51,702 nt of DNA from Ministeria vibrans ATCC 50519. Taxonomy: Eukaryota; Protista; Filasterea. Shown here in pieces: positions 47,941-51,702 of the stretch (position 1 is the stretch's first letter; each line of letters begins with the position of its first letter). The notes beneath the pieces are model-generated. The model did not search any database and was not told where the DNA came from. It was given only the letters and a program-made list of their open reading frames with translations. The stretch covers positions 1 to 51,702 of the forward strand of contig CALSCP010001606.1 of assembly GCA_943704425.1 (NCBI GenBank), written 5' to 3'. Made by a program: the position numbers and the translations under genes.

Positions 47941-48546
47941 CACGTCGCGTTGCACGTACACACACGCAGCGACACAGGCAGCCCGGGGAAGGCGGCGGGG
48001 CTAGTGTGCAGAGGGACTGGGGCCGAGGGTCGACGGTGCGTCTGTGATGAGAGGGCCAATCACACACAGACACAATCAACAACACGTTTAAAAAAAAAAA
48101 GAGAGAGAGAGAGAGAGAAAAGCGAAAATTCAAAAGTCAATGCTGGTGCAGCAACACACGCCGAGTCACAGCCAGCCAGAGAGCAGGAGGACGCGGTATT
48201 AGGTTGCAACCGAGATATTAAATTGTTGAGTTGTCTGTTGTCAGTTGTTTGGTTATTTTGATCGTTAATTGATGGAAATGAGTTGCGATTGAATTTTGTT
48301 GTTGTGAGTGATTCGTTGCGAAATCATCGGAAAGCATCGCATGTTTGTTGCCCATGGCATACCGGTGAGAAATGAGTATTGGTAATGTGCCAATATTCAA
48401 TCGTAGCTGGCACGAAACACAGTGTCTTCTTGGGTTGGTTTCCGTTTCACACACTCACAAAGTTTTTGGTCAAACATTGTGATTTGCGAATAATATTTGA
48501 AATAAGACGCTAAACATTTCTTTACATCTTTCATCGTTGCAGTGGA

Positions 48547-48907
48547 ATGAACAAACGTGGGACTGCAGAGACGCCCTCGACGCCCGGACGCGGGATGATT
48601 GCGTATTTGGGGAGCGAGAGCGAAGACGAAGGGAGTGACGCATCGCGCTGCTACGACGATGAGACGCGCGCCGACGGGAGCAGCAGCGCGTCGGCGACGA
48701 TGTTCCCAATGGAGCTGGGATCGCCCACGTTCTGCATTGGGGGCGGCGAGGAGTCCGTCGACTCCTTCTACGACGACGACGACGACGAAGGCGGTCCGCT
48801 CATTCGTCGACTCGATTCCTCGCAAATTCTCTATGTGCCCAAGGAGAAGACCCCCAAGCTTGTGGGAACGTACATTCTTGGAGACCTTCTTGGCACCGGT
48901 ACGACCC

Positions 48908-48943
<36 letters not shown>

Positions 48944-51050
48944 TTTTGCCCACAGTCTCTTATTTCAAGTTTTTGTTTTTTGCTCACTGTCCGTTTTCCG
49001 TCAATAGGTTCATACGGCAAAGTGAAAGAGGCCCTTGACGCCAACACGCTCCGACGAGTAGCTGTAAAGATTATGAAAAGGAAAAAGCTGAAGAAGATTC
49101 CCAATGGCGAGCAGAACGTAAAGCGGTACGGTGATGGCTAGGACGTGTGTGTTGGTTTAACCGATGTGTGTGTGTGTGTGTGTGTCTCACGCAGCGAACT
49201 GACGTTGTTGCGCAAGATTCACCATGCACATGTCATTGAGCTGCTTGACACCTACTACAACGACGAAAAGCAGAAACTGTACGTGTTTATGGAGTACTGT
49301 ACGTGCGGACTTCAGGAGATGCTTGAGAGTGCGCCAAACAAACACTTTCCCATTGATCAGGCTCACCAGTACGGCATTGAGAGATGCGCGACTTGCACGG
49401 GACATCTTAACAAGTAGTAATTTCTTTTTATATATATATATATCTTTTGTGTAGCTACCAGTGTCAGTTGTTGGACGGTCTTGGATATTTGCACTGTCTG
49501 TCGATTGTGCATCGCGACATCAAACCGGGCAATCTGCTGGTGGCATTGGACGGCAACCTGAAGATTACCGACTTTGGAGTAGCAGAGGTGATTCCAATGC
49601 ACTCGCAATGCACAAGCAGCGCAGGCACACCGGCATTTCAGGCGCCCGAGCTTGCCAATGGGTGCGAGGCATACAGTGGATTCAAGGTGGACGTGTGGGC
49701 GGCCGGTGTAACTCTGTAAGCGTGATTGAGTGCGATCAAGGGACTCAGTGTGTCTTTGTGGTCTGTGTGTGATGGAGTGGCATTTTTTTTCTTACCTATG
49801 AGTAGTGTTTTTTCAATGAGTCATTCGGTGTGAGACTTTTTCAGAAATTTCTTATTGGGTTTGTTTGTTTTGTTGTTGTTGTTGTTTTTTTTTTTGTTTT
49901 TTTTTCGGGTTGTTTAGGTTCAATATGACCACGGGCGGTTATCCTTTTACGGGTGAAACCATTTACAATCTATTTGAGAACATTGGAAAGGGAGAATATT
50001 CAATTCCAGAGTCAGTTGAGTCTGATCTGGAGAGTTTAATCAGAGGTAACAAAAGAAAAAGATGAGAAGAGTAATAATTTTGGGTTGTATAGGAATGATG
50101 TGTGTTGATCCTGAGGAGCGGTTTGACGTGTTTCAGGCACAAGAGCACGCGTAAGAAACCGAAAGAAGGAGTGAGAATATGAATATGATTGAATGTGTGT
50201 GCGTGTGGTGTTTAGGTGGATTGCGATGGACCATGGCGTGACTGCGGCCGAGTGGGTGCCTGTGCTTGCGAGTGTGGGAGATCCGGACTGTCGGGGGACG
50301 TCGCTGGTGCCGTATCTGGAGAATATGTACAATGATGCATTGGAAGATGAGGAGGAGGAAGAGGAGGAGGAAGAGGAGGAAGAAGAGGCAGGGGGCAAAG
50401 GGGAAGGTGAGGGCGGTGGCGATGATGATGGGGTGGGCTTTGTAGGGAGTGTCATGACGCTCATGTTGGAGGAGGAGAAGCGCAATAGCACTGGGAGTGC
50501 TGGTGATGGCGGCGGCGGCGGTGGTGGTGGTGGTGGGCATGAGCGGATGGCGTCGGAGGAGACAGTGGAGGATGTGGATGAAACTAAAGAGAATGGTGCA
50601 GGCGTGGAGGATGCAATGGCCGCCATGATGGCCGAGATGACAGTCGAGCAGAGGGAAGAGCTCGTGGTGATGATGGGGAGTGCCGAAGAGGCATCGGCCC
50701 ACCTGCAAGAACAGCTACCGGAACATCCGCTTGTCCATCCGTCCCGCCACCATGTGCCCATGACGTCGTCGCGTACGCTCGCTCGCGACGCCACAACACA
50801 CCCTGCAGTCGAGGTGGATGACTATGGCTTGCAGATGCAGGCGGAGCTGACTGCCATGCGCGAACGATTCACGCTTGACGTGCTCTCGCTGCCCTTTAAC
50901 GACCCTTCGTACGACGTGCAGCTTGAGTGCGGCATTGGCGGCCTCGACGGCTTTCGCATTCGTCGCGCCACCGTTCGCAAAACTTGCTTTGGTGGAGATA
51001 TTTTCCCCGAGACAGCCGAGACGCGTGCGGAGGCCAGGCTCATTACTTAG
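48547..51050 (+). CDS. STK11: Serine/threonine kinase LKB1, multi-exon
   Basis: [33 protein letters not shown]...[84 protein letters not shown]. Confidence 0.95.
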
Positions 51051-51702
51051 ACCGCTGAGAGAAATAGAGAAGAAACCAAATGTAAATTATAAAATCGCAT
51101 CAATCATTGACTTTGAATGGTTTCAATAATCCGATTGATATTTGATCGTGAATTACACAAATTTTACCAAGAAGCACACTAATCCCTCGACAGCGAACTC
51201 ACCCATCACGCTGAAAAACACTTCAGGTATCATCTGATAAGAGGGAGTGAAGGAACGTGAACGAGAATTGCCTTTTGTGTTGTCATATTCGTATGGGACG
51301 AAAAGAAAAATTGGTTTGTCGACTCACTTGTGATAACGCTGACCCGTGCTGCAACCATTGTGCAAGTGTTGTCGTACATTGGTGTGGTGGCGTTTATAAT
51401 GGCAAGATGCGCGAAATGTGTCCTGTGGGGGTCGCAATGGCGTCGTTTGTGTGTTCGACCAACATTTGGACTTGTTTGTGTCGTCTGCGCAACTCATCCG
51501 ATGATGCGCTCTCGTTGATTGATCAGTCGTTGTTTGTGAGTCATTTTGTTTTGGTTTGTTTGAAAGGGACTTTGAGTGGAGAGACAGAGAGTTCTCATTG
51601 GTTGGCACTCAGTTGATCGCTGAGGCCTCATAGAACCACGTTCCCTTGTGTGTGTGCCTCTGTTTGCTGTGATCCAGTTGTCACTCCTCACTCCTCTCTC
51701 TC

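Noticed and set aside
51100-51702. Short ORFs at the window end
   Set aside because: No recognisable motifs or consistent exon structure.

Overview
Compact, intron-containing eukaryotic DNA: GC-rich exons, short AT-rich spacers, introns full of (AG)n/(CA)n/poly-T, and four 10-N scaffold gaps. FoxJ1-like, IFT27, Smaug, TSC1, LKB1 and an adhesion GPCR suggest a flagellated unicellular relative of animals (inference). About 20 genes are recognisable: caspase-like exon, forkhead TF, AspRS, ACMSD, TCTP, adhesion GPCR, THUMP fusion, RCC1, GT10 fucosyltransferase, a four-gene sulfur cluster, EGF/cupredoxin protein, IFT27, Smaug, lipase, TSC1, receptor cyclase and LKB1. The main finding is the gap-free cluster at 23.7-30.5 kb. 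It holds a SulP/SLC26 transporter, a YeeE/YedE transporter, an intronless CstB-like persulfide dioxygenase-rhodanese and an MPST sulfurtransferase. They form two head-to-head pairs, and both promoters share a 22-bp motif, resembling bacterial cst/blh persulfide-detoxification operons. Other oddities: a blue-copper domain inserted inside an EGF repeat, a receptor-guanylyl-cyclase-shaped protein with adenylyl-cyclase specificity residues, a degenerate THUMP-methyltransferase fused to an unknown domain, and a ~150-nt intronic hairpin. All calls come from reading motifs by eye, with no searches run. Spans of multi-exon genes include introns and are approximate.
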